Origin: Turneriella sp.
GTDB lineage: Bacteria; Spirochaetota; Leptospiria; Turneriellales; Turneriellaceae
DNA: 64,000 nt
Assembly (NCBI GenBank): GCA_965279515.1
Contig: CBDIID010000003.1
Span: forward strand, 3,072,001 to 3,136,000
Reading direction: 5' to 3'
A program made the translations under genes and the position numbers. The notes beneath the pieces were generated by a model, which saw only the letters and a list, made by a program, of their open reading frames with translations, was not told the DNA's origin and made no database searches. Positions 46,192 through 55,963 of the stretch are shown one piece after another (the stretch's first letter is position 1; each line of letters begins with the position of its first letter).

Positions 46192-46223
46192 CATCGTAGT
46201 TTACCAACCTAGGGGCGAAGGCG
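46192..46223 (+). repeat. Cassette repeat copy 10 (decayed, terminal)
   Basis: CATCGTAGTTTACCAACCTAGGGGCGAAGGCG aligns without gaps to the left part of the consensus. Confidence 0.78.
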
Positions 46224-46345
46224 AAGAGGTCGCCATCGCTTTCAAGTGTTCTCCCTTTGTTTTTGACATGCTGCGCGATCAAAAGGGCTTCCGGCCCGCT
46301 CCGTATCTGGCCTCGCGGCAACGTCGAGCTTAACAAACTCATTTC

Positions 46346-47107
46346 CTATGGTTTGCTGAGCTTCCATATCCTGGGTAGTAACTTACCCACCCGCCGGCGG
46401 TATTCGGCATAGGTTGATCCGAAGCTGTGCATCAGCGCGCGTTCCTCAAAATACAAACCGATAAAAATATAAGCGGTCACTGCTGCCGAGAGTAACGCAT
46501 GGCCGGTAGACATGTGGGGAGTCGCCCATAACAGAATCAGTATGCCGAGTTGCATCGGATGCCGTACGTAACGGTAAAGCGCAGGTTGTCGGAACTCGTG
46601 ACCTTGGTCTTGCGCGGATTTGCACCAGCCCGATTGCCGCAAGCCCACGAGAGCAGCATGGTCAATCAGGAAAGTAGACCAAACGGCGAAGATGAGGCCC
46701 AGGGCAAAAAACGAAAAAATCAGCGCTCTGGCCAGAGGCAGCTCTATGTTCCAAAGGATACCGGGCAACGGTTGCCAGAAAACGCAAATGGCGATGAGCA
46801 GCGTGGACGACGCGAATGCGTATACTGAACGCTCAAGCTGTATTGAGAACAATCGCTCAATCCATGTTTTTATTCGAGGGCGTGCTGCGACCGAATGGTG
46901 CAATCCGAAAATCAGGATTAAGGCAAGGTCGACGGCAAGCTGTGAAATCGTGTGGTTTTGCCATCGTGGCGAACGCTGATCAATGCCCAGGGGCCCAAGA
47001 TCCAATAGGAATAAGGCGAACCAGGCAAAGGCAATTAGGAACTCCAAATATGCCAAAGCCCCAAAAAAGCGGACAGCACTTTTGCCAAGTGTCGTTGCAT
47101 CGGACAC
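46346..47107 (-). CDS. Isoprenylcysteine-methyltransferase-like membrane protein (MddA-like)
   Basis: FGLHHSVAAR, ERSVY, LYRYVRHPM.LG, FEERAL, YRRRV. Confidence 0.82.
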   Translation of the reverse strand: MSDATTLGKSAVRFFGALAYLEFLIAFAWFALFLLDLGPLGIDQRSPRWQNHTISQLAVDLALILIFGLHHSVAARPRIKTWIERLFSIQLERSVYAFASSTLLIAICVFWQPLPGILWNIELPLARALIFSFFALGLIFAVWSTFLIDHAALVGLRQSGWCKSAQDQGHEFRQPALYRYVRHPMQLGILILLWATPHMSTGHALLSAAVTAYIFIGLYFEERALMHSFGSTYAEYRRRVGKLLPRIWKLSKP

Positions 47108-47911
47108 TTACTTATCCCTCCAATCAGGCGATTGATTACTTTCTTCCCAACCAGGGACTTCAAGCCAAAGACCCTCGCCGACCGCGACGAGCTCACGATT
47201 CGCATCAAAAACGGCTGAACCTACCAGATTGCGCTTGCCGGTAATTTTTTTTACCCAACCTATCACGATATGCTCCTTACCGATCATGACGGGTCGCAGG
47301 ATTTCCACTTCCAGCTTCGCGAGTACGGCTAATTTCAGCTCGCGGCCTGATAAAGCCGCGATGCCGCCCGGACAATCCAAGGCGGCCCAGATGTACCGCG
47401 CCGCAACCATGCCTTTGCCGTCATCGAGGGATGCGTCGGGAATCCAGGGGCTGGCCACCAGTTTGCCATCACGCCCTGAACCGCAGAAGATCCGCAGGCC
47501 GTCGCCGTCTACCCGCTCAGGACCGCAGACAAAACAACTGGGAAAATAATGGCGCTTAAAGCCTTCATACCCTGCCGACCATTCTCTTGCCTGATTGAAA
47601 TCGGGAGCCTCCGGCAGATCGACGGTTAAATTTCCACTGGAAGGACGCGCTTCGACCACGGGCTTGTCGCCATCGAGCAAGACCACGGAACGCTCCTCAC
47701 GGCGCACGGCTAATGCCGTTTGCAGGGGTGCCGGTGCCTTAACCCTTGCCTCTATCGGCCCCTGGGGATAATCGGTAACCAGTTCGGCGGCAAGACCGCA
47801 AACGTATCCGCCATTGCCGCTCTGGGGCGGGCCGCAAAATCTTTTCGCTACAATCGCCGACTCTGCGGGGCCGCGGGACATCATTGTCGTTTCGTGTTTT
47901 GAGTTTCTCAT
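47108..47911 (-). CDS. Double hotdog-fold thioesterase-like protein
   Basis: RFCGPPQSGNGGY, FPSCFVCG, WAALDCPG. Confidence 0.75.
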   Translation of the reverse strand: MRNSKHETTMMSRGPAESAIVAKRFCGPPQSGNGGYVCGLAAELVTDYPQGPIEARVKAPAPLQTALAVRREERSVVLLDGDKPVVEARPSSGNLTVDLPEAPDFNQAREWSAGYEGFKRHYFPSCFVCGPERVDGDGLRIFCGSGRDGKLVASPWIPDASLDDGKGMVAARYIWAALDCPGGIAALSGRELKLAVLAKLEVEILRPVMIGKEHIVIGWVKKITGKRNLVGSAVFDANRELVAVGEGLWLEVPGWEESNQSPDWRDK

Positions 47912-47980
47912 ACCTTATCAAAAAACAGTTGCCGGAATGTTTTGCCCACGAAAGATCCATTGGAATCAAAGTATTTTTTA

Positions 47981-48454
47981 ATGGCTTCTCCCCGCAAACT
48001 CAAAGAAATTAAAATCGATCGAATTTTAGTGGTTCTTGCGGGGCTGCGCGAAATTGTCATGGAAGAGCTGGCGGATTCATACCGCCGGCTGCATGTCCAT
48101 GACATCAACCCGCCCCATGGTGCCGTTCTTTGCGCCCTGCAAACCAAGCAGCCCACCACGATGCTTGAAATTGCCGGGAAAATATTCCGGGATCAGTCGA
48201 CCGTTACCGCTCTTGTTACGCATTTGACGACGCTGGGTTACGTTAGGGTAATTCAGTCGCCCAAAGACAAACGGAAACGATTCGTCGAATTGACCGATCA
48301 GGGAAAAGAATTGCGCGCCAAAGTTACCAAAGCAGCCCGTAAGATTCAAAGACAGATTTTTGACGGGATTCCATCCCGGGACAGGAAAAAACTGATGGAG
48401 ATGCTCGTGCAGATTGGGCATAACCTGCACAGCCCGCATTTTTCAGAGCAATAA
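47981..48454 (+). CDS. MarR family regulator
   Basis: DQSTVTALV, GYV, DKRKRFVELTDQG; divergent from the two preceding genes. Confidence 0.88.
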   Translation: MASPRKLKEIKIDRILVVLAGLREIVMEELADSYRRLHVHDINPPHGAVLCALQTKQPTTMLEIAGKIFRDQSTVTALVTHLTTLGYVRVIQSPKDKRKRFVELTDQGKELRAKVTKAARKIQRQIFDGIPSRDRKKLMEMLVQIGHNLHSPHFSEQ

Positions 48455-48530
48455 AGTCGCGCCGCGTCCCGGCTCGTATCGGCATTGACAATTTAACGCG
48501 GCCTGAGGGATTTATTTTGGGTCATAGGGG

Positions 48531-49433
48531 ATGATTACGAAAGGCGCCGGATATTATTCGAAAAAGGTCTGTAACAACGTGACTGCGATGCTGGCATACT
48601 GGGATTCAAATCAGTTATGCCGTTTTGCAAATGATGCTTATCTGCATTGGTTCGGCCGTACAGCGGAAGAGATGATCGATAAGATTTATCTGAAAGATCT
48701 GTTGGGGCCGTTATACGAGATGAATCTGCCTTATATTGAAGCGGCTTATAAGGGGCATCCGCAGGTCTTTGAACGCGCGATTACGGCACCGGACGGGAAA
48801 ATCCGGCATAGCATCGCGAGCTACACACCGGATGTGATAAACGGCCGGATTGAGGGTATTATCGTTCATGTCGCCGATGTTACATATCTGAAGGAAATAG
48901 AGCTGGAGCTGAAGCGCTCAAAGGAAAAAGCCGAGAAATTAGCGGCTCACGATTACCTGACCGGGCTTCCCAACAGATTATTTTTGAACGACCGTATTGC
49001 GGGCGCACTCACATATGCAAAAAACCATGGCACATCATTAGCGTTGTGCCTGTTGGATTTAGATTATTTCAAAAAAATCAATGATTCCTACGGCCATTTG
49101 GCTGGTGATGAAGTTTTGAAAGAATCTGCCGCTCGGCTAAAATCCGCGCTGAATTCGGCCGACACCGTTTACCGAATCGGCGGTGACGAGTTTGTGATTG
49201 TCATGGAACAAATCACGGATCCGAATCAAATTCAAGTCACCGCGGAGCGGATATTGGCGCGTTTCAGGCAACCCATGACAATCCTCGGGCAGGAAATCAC
49301 GCTCACGCTGAGCATCGGAACAGCCGTTTGCAAAGGAGCAAAAACCTCTGCTGAGGAATTGTTGCAGAAGGCAGACCACGCACTTTATCAGGCAAAAAGC
49401 CTGGGCAGGAACCGCTACTCCAACAGCGCCTGA
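48531..49433 (+). CDS. PAS-GGDEF diguanylate cyclase
   Basis: FANDAY..WFG PAS domain; HDYLTGLPNR, DLDYFKKIND, RIGGDEF; no RxxD I-site. Confidence 0.92.
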   Translation: MITKGAGYYSKKVCNNVTAMLAYWDSNQLCRFANDAYLHWFGRTAEEMIDKIYLKDLLGPLYEMNLPYIEAAYKGHPQVFERAITAPDGKIRHSIASYTPDVINGRIEGIIVHVADVTYLKEIELELKRSKEKAEKLAAHDYLTGLPNRLFLNDRIAGALTYAKNHGTSLALCLLDLDYFKKINDSYGHLAGDEVLKESAARLKSALNSADTVYRIGGDEFVIVMEQITDPNQIQVTAERILARFRQPMTILGQEITLTLSIGTAVCKGAKTSAEELLQKADHALYQAKSLGRNRYSNSA

Positions 49434-49544
49434 AAAATTGAGCTCAGTTTACAGCGTCTGAGAGACCGGCCGGCATTCTTAGTTCTTGACGGTGTTCATG
49501 GTCCGATCTACGCGACTCCTAAACTTATTTTACCGGGGGAAATT

Positions 49545-49865
49545 ATGAAGAATGTTTTAATGAGCGGCCTTGTCGTAGCCATCATAGGTCTCACGAGTGC
49601 AACTTTCGCCAAATCAAAGGCTAAGAGCAGCAAGAGTTCAAGCAAACAAAGCAGCTCTACTTCGGGCAAACAAAGCACCACCGCCTCAAGTAAACCTAGC
49701 CAGGATGCCGCAGGAAAACAAACCACGGATACTTCGAAAGATAAGCAAAGCCAGAATCACAAGAATAAGAAAACCCATCGCTGCAGACTTCCCGATGGCA
49801 AGATTGATAGCAATAAGAGCCAGCAGGAATGCTTAAAAGCAAACGGCAAGTGGGTTAAATACTAA
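49545..49865 (+). CDS. Secreted Ser/Lys-rich small protein
   Basis: Signal peptide, low-complexity linker, C...C..ANGKW tail. Confidence 0.65.
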   Translation: MKNVLMSGLVVAIIGLTSATFAKSKAKSSKSSSKQSSSTSGKQSTTASSKPSQDAAGKQTTDTSKDKQSQNHKNKKTHRCRLPDGKIDSNKSQQECLKANGKWVKY

Positions 49866-49917
49866 GTTTCCATAATCGGCGCGGTTATCCGCGAAGCGTG
49901 GGCGCCGCCGTGCGTAT

Positions 49918-50556
49918 ATGACCGAATTCTGGGAGGCGAGTTTCCAGGAGAAAAAGGCAATGTGGGGAGAGTTTCCCACAGACGCGGCCATACGCGCCGC
50001 AGAGCTTTTCAAAGCGCGGGCATATAAGAATGTATTGATTCCCGGTATCGGGTACGGTAGAAATGCAAAACCGTTTATCGGGGCCGGCATACCTGTTACA
50101 GGAATCGAAATTTCTGAAACCGCCATAGCTATGGCGCAGGCGGGTTTCGGTTCTGAAATCCGGATTTTTCACGGTTCGGTAGCGGAGATGCCCTTTGAAG
50201 ATAAGCAATACGACAGCATTTTCAGCTTTGCGCTGATTCACCTCTTGAACGAAACAGATCGGCAGAAATTTATTGCGGCCTGTTATAATCACCTCAGGCC
50301 GGGCGGCACCATGATTTTTCTATCGATTGCTGAGAGCGCGCCGATGTTCGGTACCGGGAAGAAAATTACGGATCGCCTCTTTGAAACCATGCCGGGTGTC
50401 AGGTTGTTTTTTTATGATGCACAATCCATAGGCCGTGAATTTGGCGATTATGGGTTAGAGGGCTTTCAGCAGGTTTCAGAACCGGCAAAAAATACACCGA
50501 CTCTACCCGATCTCGATTTTCTCTGGATTGAATGCCGCAAGAAAATCCAGACCTGA
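49918..50556 (+). CDS. Class I SAM-dependent methyltransferase
   Basis: LIPGIGYGRN, GIEIS, LRPGG. Confidence 0.88.
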   Translation: MTEFWEASFQEKKAMWGEFPTDAAIRAAELFKARAYKNVLIPGIGYGRNAKPFIGAGIPVTGIEISETAIAMAQAGFGSEIRIFHGSVAEMPFEDKQYDSIFSFALIHLLNETDRQKFIAACYNHLRPGGTMIFLSIAESAPMFGTGKKITDRLFETMPGVRLFFYDAQSIGREFGDYGLEGFQQVSEPAKNTPTLPDLDFLWIECRKKIQT

Positions 50557-50620
50557 ATTCTCCGTCTGCGGGATTTTTCCTGTACCGTTGATCCGCATTC
50601 ACAGTTGATTCCGGCAGGCG

Positions 50621-50995
50621 ATGGTAAGCACAATAATACATGCCCAAAAAGAATGGGAAGTTATCTTCAATGAGGGCAAAAACTGGCGTATCGGTATCTA
50701 TCGCCCTAAATACCGCGGCGCAGCGGAAATCCATGAACTGGAACAGCACACCTGCCCCGAGTCGTTTCTGCTGCTTGAGGGCGAGCTGACGATGCTCTAT
50801 CGGCAGCCGGACGGCTCGCTGGCGGAAAAACAGCTACGGCCCATGGAGCTGACGACCTTTACCGAGCCGCATGCGGGCTTTTCTCCCGATTTGTCAGGTG
50901 TTGCTTTTGTCGTCGAAAATGCTGCGTTCGAAACTAGTTATACAGATATCCAGACGCAGGCAGTAACGCGAACGGTTCGCGTCGGTCCCGCTTAA
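50621..50995 (+). CDS. Cupin-like hypothetical protein
   Basis: EQHTCPESFLLLEG...H...VVEN. Confidence 0.6.
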   Translation: MVSTIIHAQKEWEVIFNEGKNWRIGIYRPKYRGAAEIHELEQHTCPESFLLLEGELTMLYRQPDGSLAEKQLRPMELTTFTEPHAGFSPDLSGVAFVVENAAFETSYTDIQTQAVTRTVRVGPA

Positions 50996-51044
50996 GATCT
51001 GGTTTTGATTTACGCCGCGTCGTTTGACGCTTTAGCTGGCGGCC

Positions 51045-51407
51045 ATGCATAAAATCCTCATCGTCGATGACAGCCCCACGATTCGGGCCGCTGTCAAAGG
51101 CGCCCTCGCCTATAAAAAGGCAGATGTTCTCGAAGCTGCCACGGCGGTAGAAGCGGTGAAAGTATTCGAGCAAGACAGGCCGGCGCTGATCTTTCTCGAC
51201 ATCAACCTGCCCGCAGCCGATGGTTTTGTCGCACTTAAACGCATCCGCCTGATGGACGCCGCGCATGATACCAAGGTCGTGATGCTGACCGGCGTTACCG
51301 ACAAAGCGACGATACAAAAAGCGATTGAAGAAGGCGCCGACGATTACGTTGCGAAGCCCTTCACACCGGTAGTATTGCGTGATAAGACAGATAAATTTCT
51401 GAAATAA
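51045..51407 (+). CDS. Single-domain response regulator
   Basis: ILIVDD, FLDINLP, MLT, GADDYVAKPF. Confidence 0.9.
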   Translation: MHKILIVDDSPTIRAAVKGALAYKKADVLEAATAVEAVKVFEQDRPALIFLDINLPAADGFVALKRIRLMDAAHDTKVVMLTGVTDKATIQKAIEEGADDYVAKPFTPVVLRDKTDKFLK

Positions 51408-51412
51408 ATCCC

Positions 51413-52429
51413 TTACCGAACAGGTTTACATTCCAGTAAAAAGTCTTCAAAGACCTGCGAGATATAGAGCTTACCGTTATATACAAACGCGCCCGACGCG
51501 GCGCTGATTTCGTCCCCGGCATTGAAGTAGAGCCCGGTCGCCGTTTTCTGCGCGGGGTCAATCCCCACAATATATGACGGCGCCTTATTGTCGGCCGAGC
51601 TTGCGTGCCGGAAAAACTTCCAGTTGCTGGTATGCGACGAAGTCATGAGCTGGTTTTCGAGGCTGAAGAGATTATCGGGGCCCGCGATTTCGGCGATCAG
51701 CTGCTTATTGCCGAGTGTGCCGTCGGTCTCGCGGCTGAACTCATAGACTTTGCCCTCGCGCGTTGCCGAGACATAGACTTTGCTGCCGCGCGTAAGAATA
51801 CCATTTGCCATCGCGATACCTTCGGCCGCAACACGGCAGCTGCCGCCCAGGTTCTGCGTCAGCGAGTTCAGGGTGCAATACGTTATTTTCGATCTTTTGA
51901 GGCCCCAAAAGACTTCCCACAAACTGCCGCGTGAGCCGTGGTCGTTGGTGACGTAGAAGTTGCCGGTTTCGGTGACAGTCAAGTCATTCGGTGAGTTGAT
52001 CAGATCGTCGCGCACCTGGATCATGAACTCCAGCTTATCGTCGTTTATCTTATAGATCAGCACGCTCTGGTCGTTGTCGTTCATCTCAGCGCCGTGGTTG
52101 ACGACGTAGAGAAAGACATCCTGGCCGTTGCGGAAGATGTCGATGCCGTGCGGCGAAAAGAAAACGGCTGGAGGTTCACCCGTGCGTGTGAGCTTTTTGA
52201 CCTGTTTGGATTTCAGGTTGAGAGCGAAAATATCTCCCGCCACTTTCCATCCCCGCCGCTCATGGCTCGAGACAAAGATCGTGGTGTTGCCGCCTTTTTC
52301 GAGCAACGCAAAATCTTCGGCGCCCGGGCCGACGGTGATTTTCTCACACTTATCGTAGCGGTTCCTGATCTCGATCGAAGAGCAGTGCGCGAAGAGCGCG
52401 GCCAGGGCGAACCATGGCAGGCGCCGCAC
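51413..52429 (-). CDS. Paraoxonase/arylesterase-like beta-propeller lipoprotein (GTG 52429)
   Basis: Leader ending FAH-C; GAED, FSPHGI, VVNH, PND, MANGI, PDNL. Confidence 0.82.
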   Translation of the reverse strand: MRRLPWFALAALFAHCSSIEIRNRYDKCEKITVGPGAEDFALLEKGGNTTIFVSSHERRGWKVAGDIFALNLKSKQVKKLTRTGEPPAVFFSPHGIDIFRNGQDVFLYVVNHGAEMNDNDQSVLIYKINDDKLEFMIQVRDDLINSPNDLTVTETGNFYVTNDHGSRGSLWEVFWGLKRSKITYCTLNSLTQNLGGSCRVAAEGIAMANGILTRGSKVYVSATREGKVYEFSRETDGTLGNKQLIAEIAGPDNLFSLENQLMTSSHTSNWKFFRHASSADNKAPSYIVGIDPAQKTATGLYFNAGDEISAASGAFVYNGKLYISQVFEDFLLECKPVR

Positions 52430-52433
52430 GATC

Positions 52434-53075
52434 TCAGAACCGTTCAGCAAGTTTATTACCCAGCGATTCGAGCTGCGCCTTCGCGCCGCTGCGGATATCC
52501 GCCGGCATCTGCTGCGCAATACGCACGATCTTGTCCTGGTTGATCATCGAGTGAGCGATATTGCCGACGATCTTACCGTCGCGCAGCACCTTGATGATTT
52601 CGAGCATGACCTTGTCTTCGAGCAGGTCGGCAAGTTCGCCCAGCTTTCCGTGAAAATTCTTCGCGGCGAGGTCTTTGACGACCTGCGCGACAATGTTTGT
52701 CTCCATCAGGTTGCCGATGCGCGCGGTGCTCTCGGGGCTCGCATAGAGCGCCACCTGGCCCATATAGTCGATGCGCAGCGATTTACCGATCTTCGCCGCC
52801 GCCTTGGGGTCCATGTAAATCACCACCTGTGCGATGATGTACGGTGTCAGGTAGTCGTGCGCAAGTTTGGCGATGATAAAATTGGGGATAAACTGCGTCG
52901 AGACAGCCATGACCTTGAAGACAGGTTTTTGCAGCTCTTCAGTTCTGTGTATGTAGTCGTGTATCTCTTTATGGATTTTCTCGAGCGTGGGCTCGTCGAG
53001 ATTCTTCAGGTACGTGAGATCGCTTTCAGTGACGAGGCTCTCTTTAATTTCTTCAATAACAGATTCTTTGGACAT
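52434..53075 (-). CDS. Hypothetical helical protein
   Basis: AAGGAAGG RBS; operonic spacing. Confidence 0.7.
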   Translation of the reverse strand: MSKESVIEEIKESLVTESDLTYLKNLDEPTLEKIHKEIHDYIHRTEELQKPVFKVMAVSTQFIPNFIIAKLAHDYLTPYIIAQVVIYMDPKAAAKIGKSLRIDYMGQVALYASPESTARIGNLMETNIVAQVVKDLAAKNFHGKLGELADLLEDKVMLEIIKVLRDGKIVGNIAHSMINQDKIVRIAQQMPADIRSGAKAQLESLGNKLAERF

Positions 53076-53085
53076 GTTGCCTTCC

Positions 53086-53937
53086 TTAATATTCGATAAC
53101 AGCCATTGAGGCCGATGTGAGCGGCAGTCGCGATGTCAACGAAAGTTTTGTCATCATCTGTTTACCATTGTACGATTCGAATTTCTTCGCGCCAGAGGCC
53201 TGCGCTACTGCACGCATCTCATCGGGTGTCGCGCCATAGGTGAATTTCTCATTGTAGATGAGGTCCATAAAATACGGCATCGCCATCTGCATGAGGTTCT
53301 TCACCGGGTGCGTCATCGAGTTGTGCCAGTAATCGAAAACCAGGGTGCTGCCCGGGCCGAAATACTGGCCGACGGACTGAATGGTCGAGCGCACGATCTC
53401 TTCGCTGACATACATCGAAACGCCTTCCCACAGCACGAGCGCGGGTTTCTTTTCGAGCCCCGAATGCGTGAAAATTTCGCTGAGAGATTCCTTCATAAAA
53501 TCGACTTCGCAGTAATGCGGTTGCTCCCCCTCGATTCTCTCGTTGCGGAGGTAGAATTTCTTGCGGCGCTGCGTCGCGGGAAAATCAAATTCCCAGATGC
53601 CGTGCTTGATGGAGTCTTTGAGGCGCAGCGAACGCGAGTCGTAGCCCGCCCCGAGCAATACCACCGGCATCTGTGGGCCGAGCTTTCTCACATAGCTGTC
53701 CATGAAGGCATGGCGCAGGGTGATAAAATCAAACAGGCCCAGCGTCGCAGCGTTGACGAAAAAGGAGACAAATTCGGGCAGAATCGACAGGCGGTTGTAG
53801 ATCGCCATATAAAAGTCAGAGAGAAACCGGCCTGCGTATTTATCGTTCAGTAGGCTCTTTTCCCCATAGTAGCTCAGCTCCAGCGCGCGTATCAGGGCCA
53901 CGATTTCGGCCGTGCGGCTGGGCGTATTTTCTAACAT
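53086..53937 (-). CDS. LCM/Omt-type SAM-dependent methyltransferase
   Basis: SRTA...RA, LLGAGYDSR, EFDFP, WEGVSMY. Confidence 0.88.
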   Translation of the reverse strand: MLENTPSRTAEIVALIRALELSYYGEKSLLNDKYAGRFLSDFYMAIYNRLSILPEFVSFFVNAATLGLFDFITLRHAFMDSYVRKLGPQMPVVLLGAGYDSRSLRLKDSIKHGIWEFDFPATQRRKKFYLRNERIEGEQPHYCEVDFMKESLSEIFTHSGLEKKPALVLWEGVSMYVSEEIVRSTIQSVGQYFGPGSTLVFDYWHNSMTHPVKNLMQMAMPYFMDLIYNEKFTYGATPDEMRAVAQASGAKKFESYNGKQMMTKLSLTSRLPLTSASMAVIEY

Positions 53938-53979
53938 GGGCTGATTTTTTGCCGATACTTAAGGCAGGCAAGTACTTTA

Positions 53980-54768
53980 ATGGTGTCGATGTTCTTTAAA
54001 TCTAAAAAGGCGGACAGTTACTCACCGGAAAGCAAGGCCGAGATTCTGGCCAAACTGCTCGAAAAATACCGCAAGGCCGAGGTGCGGTATGGCGCCAAAT
54101 ACTTCGATAAGGCCAAACTCGACGAGCGTATTAACTTCCAGCGCGCCGCGAAGTCTGACTTCCAGCGCTTCATCCTCGATGAGATGAATTTTTTCAAACA
54201 AATGGAAGCCAAGGCCGAAGAAGACGAGGCCAAGCGCAAAAGGCAAGAAGAGGCGGATGCCCGCATGCGCGAAATCATGGAGGCGAACGACGCCCTCATC
54301 GCCCATTACCCCGACGTCTTTTTTCACCCGTTGGCGACGCTGGAATGCCGCCGTATTGTCGGCGCGGTTTCGAACCTGTTTCCCGAAATCGACGACGAAC
54401 TGCGTTATGTCTTCCAGGGCCGTAAGGAATGGGGCGAGATCAAATTTTACCTCTCCGATCTCGAACGTTTTATCTACAAGCCGCCGATGCGTATGACGGC
54501 CTTTCTCGCGCAATACGTCGCGCAGATCCAGAAGTGGGGCGAAGCCGGCCGCGACGACGCCGACCGCAAGTTCCTGCAGACCGCAGCGATGTGCCTGACG
54601 GGGATTACCAACGAACTTAAAACTTCACTCGATGCGTTGATTGATTCCGACAAAGTGAAGGCGTCGGCTACGATTGCCAAACTCGACGCCATCGTCTCAG
54701 ACTTTCGCCTGAGCGACTGGGCCCAGCATGGGCTCGCGCTCAAGGCTCAGAAGAAACTGGGGATTTAG
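53980..54768 (+). CDS. Hypothetical protein
   Basis: 262 aa ORF with backbone-like codon usage. Confidence 0.7.
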   Translation: MVSMFFKSKKADSYSPESKAEILAKLLEKYRKAEVRYGAKYFDKAKLDERINFQRAAKSDFQRFILDEMNFFKQMEAKAEEDEAKRKRQEEADARMREIMEANDALIAHYPDVFFHPLATLECRRIVGAVSNLFPEIDDELRYVFQGRKEWGEIKFYLSDLERFIYKPPMRMTAFLAQYVAQIQKWGEAGRDDADRKFLQTAAMCLTGITNELKTSLDALIDSDKVKASATIAKLDAIVSDFRLSDWAQHGLALKAQKKLGI

Positions 54769-55857
54769 CTACTTCAACGCTTCTTCGAGATTCAGTTCAG
54801 ACATCGCGTCCATGTCCTGGAATTCCAGCGTCACGCGCGTACGGCCACCGCCGAGGTTCGCGCTGTTGGTGACGGTCGCAGAGAACTGCCCGAGGCTCTC
54901 CTGGTGCTTTTGCACACGGAAGAGCACAATCAGCCCCGGCTGAAAGTGACGCAGCAACAGGCGGTCGGCGAGTTCAAGCTGCAGGCTTTTCATATCGATC
55001 TTTTGAACGGGAAGCGGCCGCGGTTCCTCGAGGATTAATCCGACTTTGCGCAGCTGGGTTTCGAGCGCGGTGGCGATTTTTTTCACCGACTGAAAGATCG
55101 AATCTTCCACAAACAGCGGGGTGTTGACCTGGATATACCCGATCGGGAGTTTTTGTTTGTAGAGGATAGGTACCGTCACCTCTCCATGCAAATGTGTCGG
55201 CACCTTGAGGTCGCTCTTTTGTATTTCTGCGAGGTAGGTGTCTTGCGGAAAATATTGGCGCGGGTTGAATGTGGCAGGTGGTTTGGGGCTGTAATAGATA
55301 ATCCGCGGGTTGCGCACGAGGTTTTTAAGGCGTGTGTCACTCGCTTCACCCGAGGCGAGAAAGATTTTATGGTAGGGAACCAGGTTCTTCAGTTCACCGT
55401 CAAAAAAATTCAGCACAAAGCCATTCACTTTTTTGCGGTTCGCTTCGATGACGAAGGCTATCTCTTTGGACGAAGTGAGATTGGTCATGAAAAAAGGCGT
55501 GGAGTTATCGGTCTCTGCGACATCTTTTTTTCCGTCATCGGTAATTTCGAGTGCCTGCGGATGCAAGATTTCCGTCGGGCCGTTGCGCAGCAGAAACTTA
55601 CAGATAGCGACAATGCGCTTCTTGTTGTGGCGTATGAGTACGCGTCGCTCGGTGGGCGAATTCAGAAACTGCGTGCGGATTTTGAGTTCGGGCCCGGTCG
55701 TGAGCAGTGTGTATGAAATGAAGCCAGCGGGGTGCTCGGCATCGTCGACCAGTATCGAACAGGGCTTTTTGCCCATGATCGTGTTCAGAATCTGGTGAAC
55801 CTGCGGTATTTGATTAACGCGAACCATGGTCGACTCTGCAAACTGCGCAGCGGACAC
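54769..55857 (-). CDS. DUF1577-like (GAF/PilZ-like) protein
   Basis: VPILYKQKLPIGYIQV motif and a PilZ-like C-terminus; recognised from memory. Confidence 0.55.
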   Translation of the reverse strand: MSAAQFAESTMVRVNQIPQVHQILNTIMGKKPCSILVDDAEHPAGFISYTLLTTGPELKIRTQFLNSPTERRVLIRHNKKRIVAICKFLLRNGPTEILHPQALEITDDGKKDVAETDNSTPFFMTNLTSSKEIAFVIEANRKKVNGFVLNFFDGELKNLVPYHKIFLASGEASDTRLKNLVRNPRIIYYSPKPPATFNPRQYFPQDTYLAEIQKSDLKVPTHLHGEVTVPILYKQKLPIGYIQVNTPLFVEDSIFQSVKKIATALETQLRKVGLILEEPRPLPVQKIDMKSLQLELADRLLLRHFQPGLIVLFRVQKHQESLGQFSATVTNSANLGGGRTRVTLEFQDMDAMSELNLEEALK

Positions 55858-55963
55858 AGTGAGTCAATAATTTGCGGCCAAAACAATGCAAATTATGGCG
55901 AACACTTGATACTTTCCGAAAGGTATTTACACGCTAACGCCTGCACAGGGAGGCAATCTTTAG

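Larger units (their letters stand above)
38042..46223 (+). mobile_element. Repeat-delimited gene-cassette array, AT-rich, integron-like architecture with a non-attC repeat
   Basis: 10 direct copies of a ~50-bp repeat separate 15 co-oriented ORFs. GC drops sharply: 40/60 in line 37921 versus 19/60 in line 38161. Two TA modules lie at the distal end. Confidence 0.8.

Noticed and set aside
38042..46223. CRISPR array
   Set aside because: Intervals are 0.3-1.5 kb and contain whole genes, the repeats are degenerate, and there are no cas genes.
38042..46223. Canonical integron (intI/attI/attC)
   Set aside because: No tyrosine recombinase ORF in the window and the repeat lacks RYYYAAC/GTTRRRY ends on either strand. 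Isolated GTTAGGG (38099) and ACTTAAC (39139) are unpaired. A covariance-model search is still needed to exclude a very divergent attC.
38042..46223. dif/pdif modules or IS ends
   Set aside because: No XerC/XerD 11-6-11 consensus, all copies are in direct orientation, and there is no transposase.
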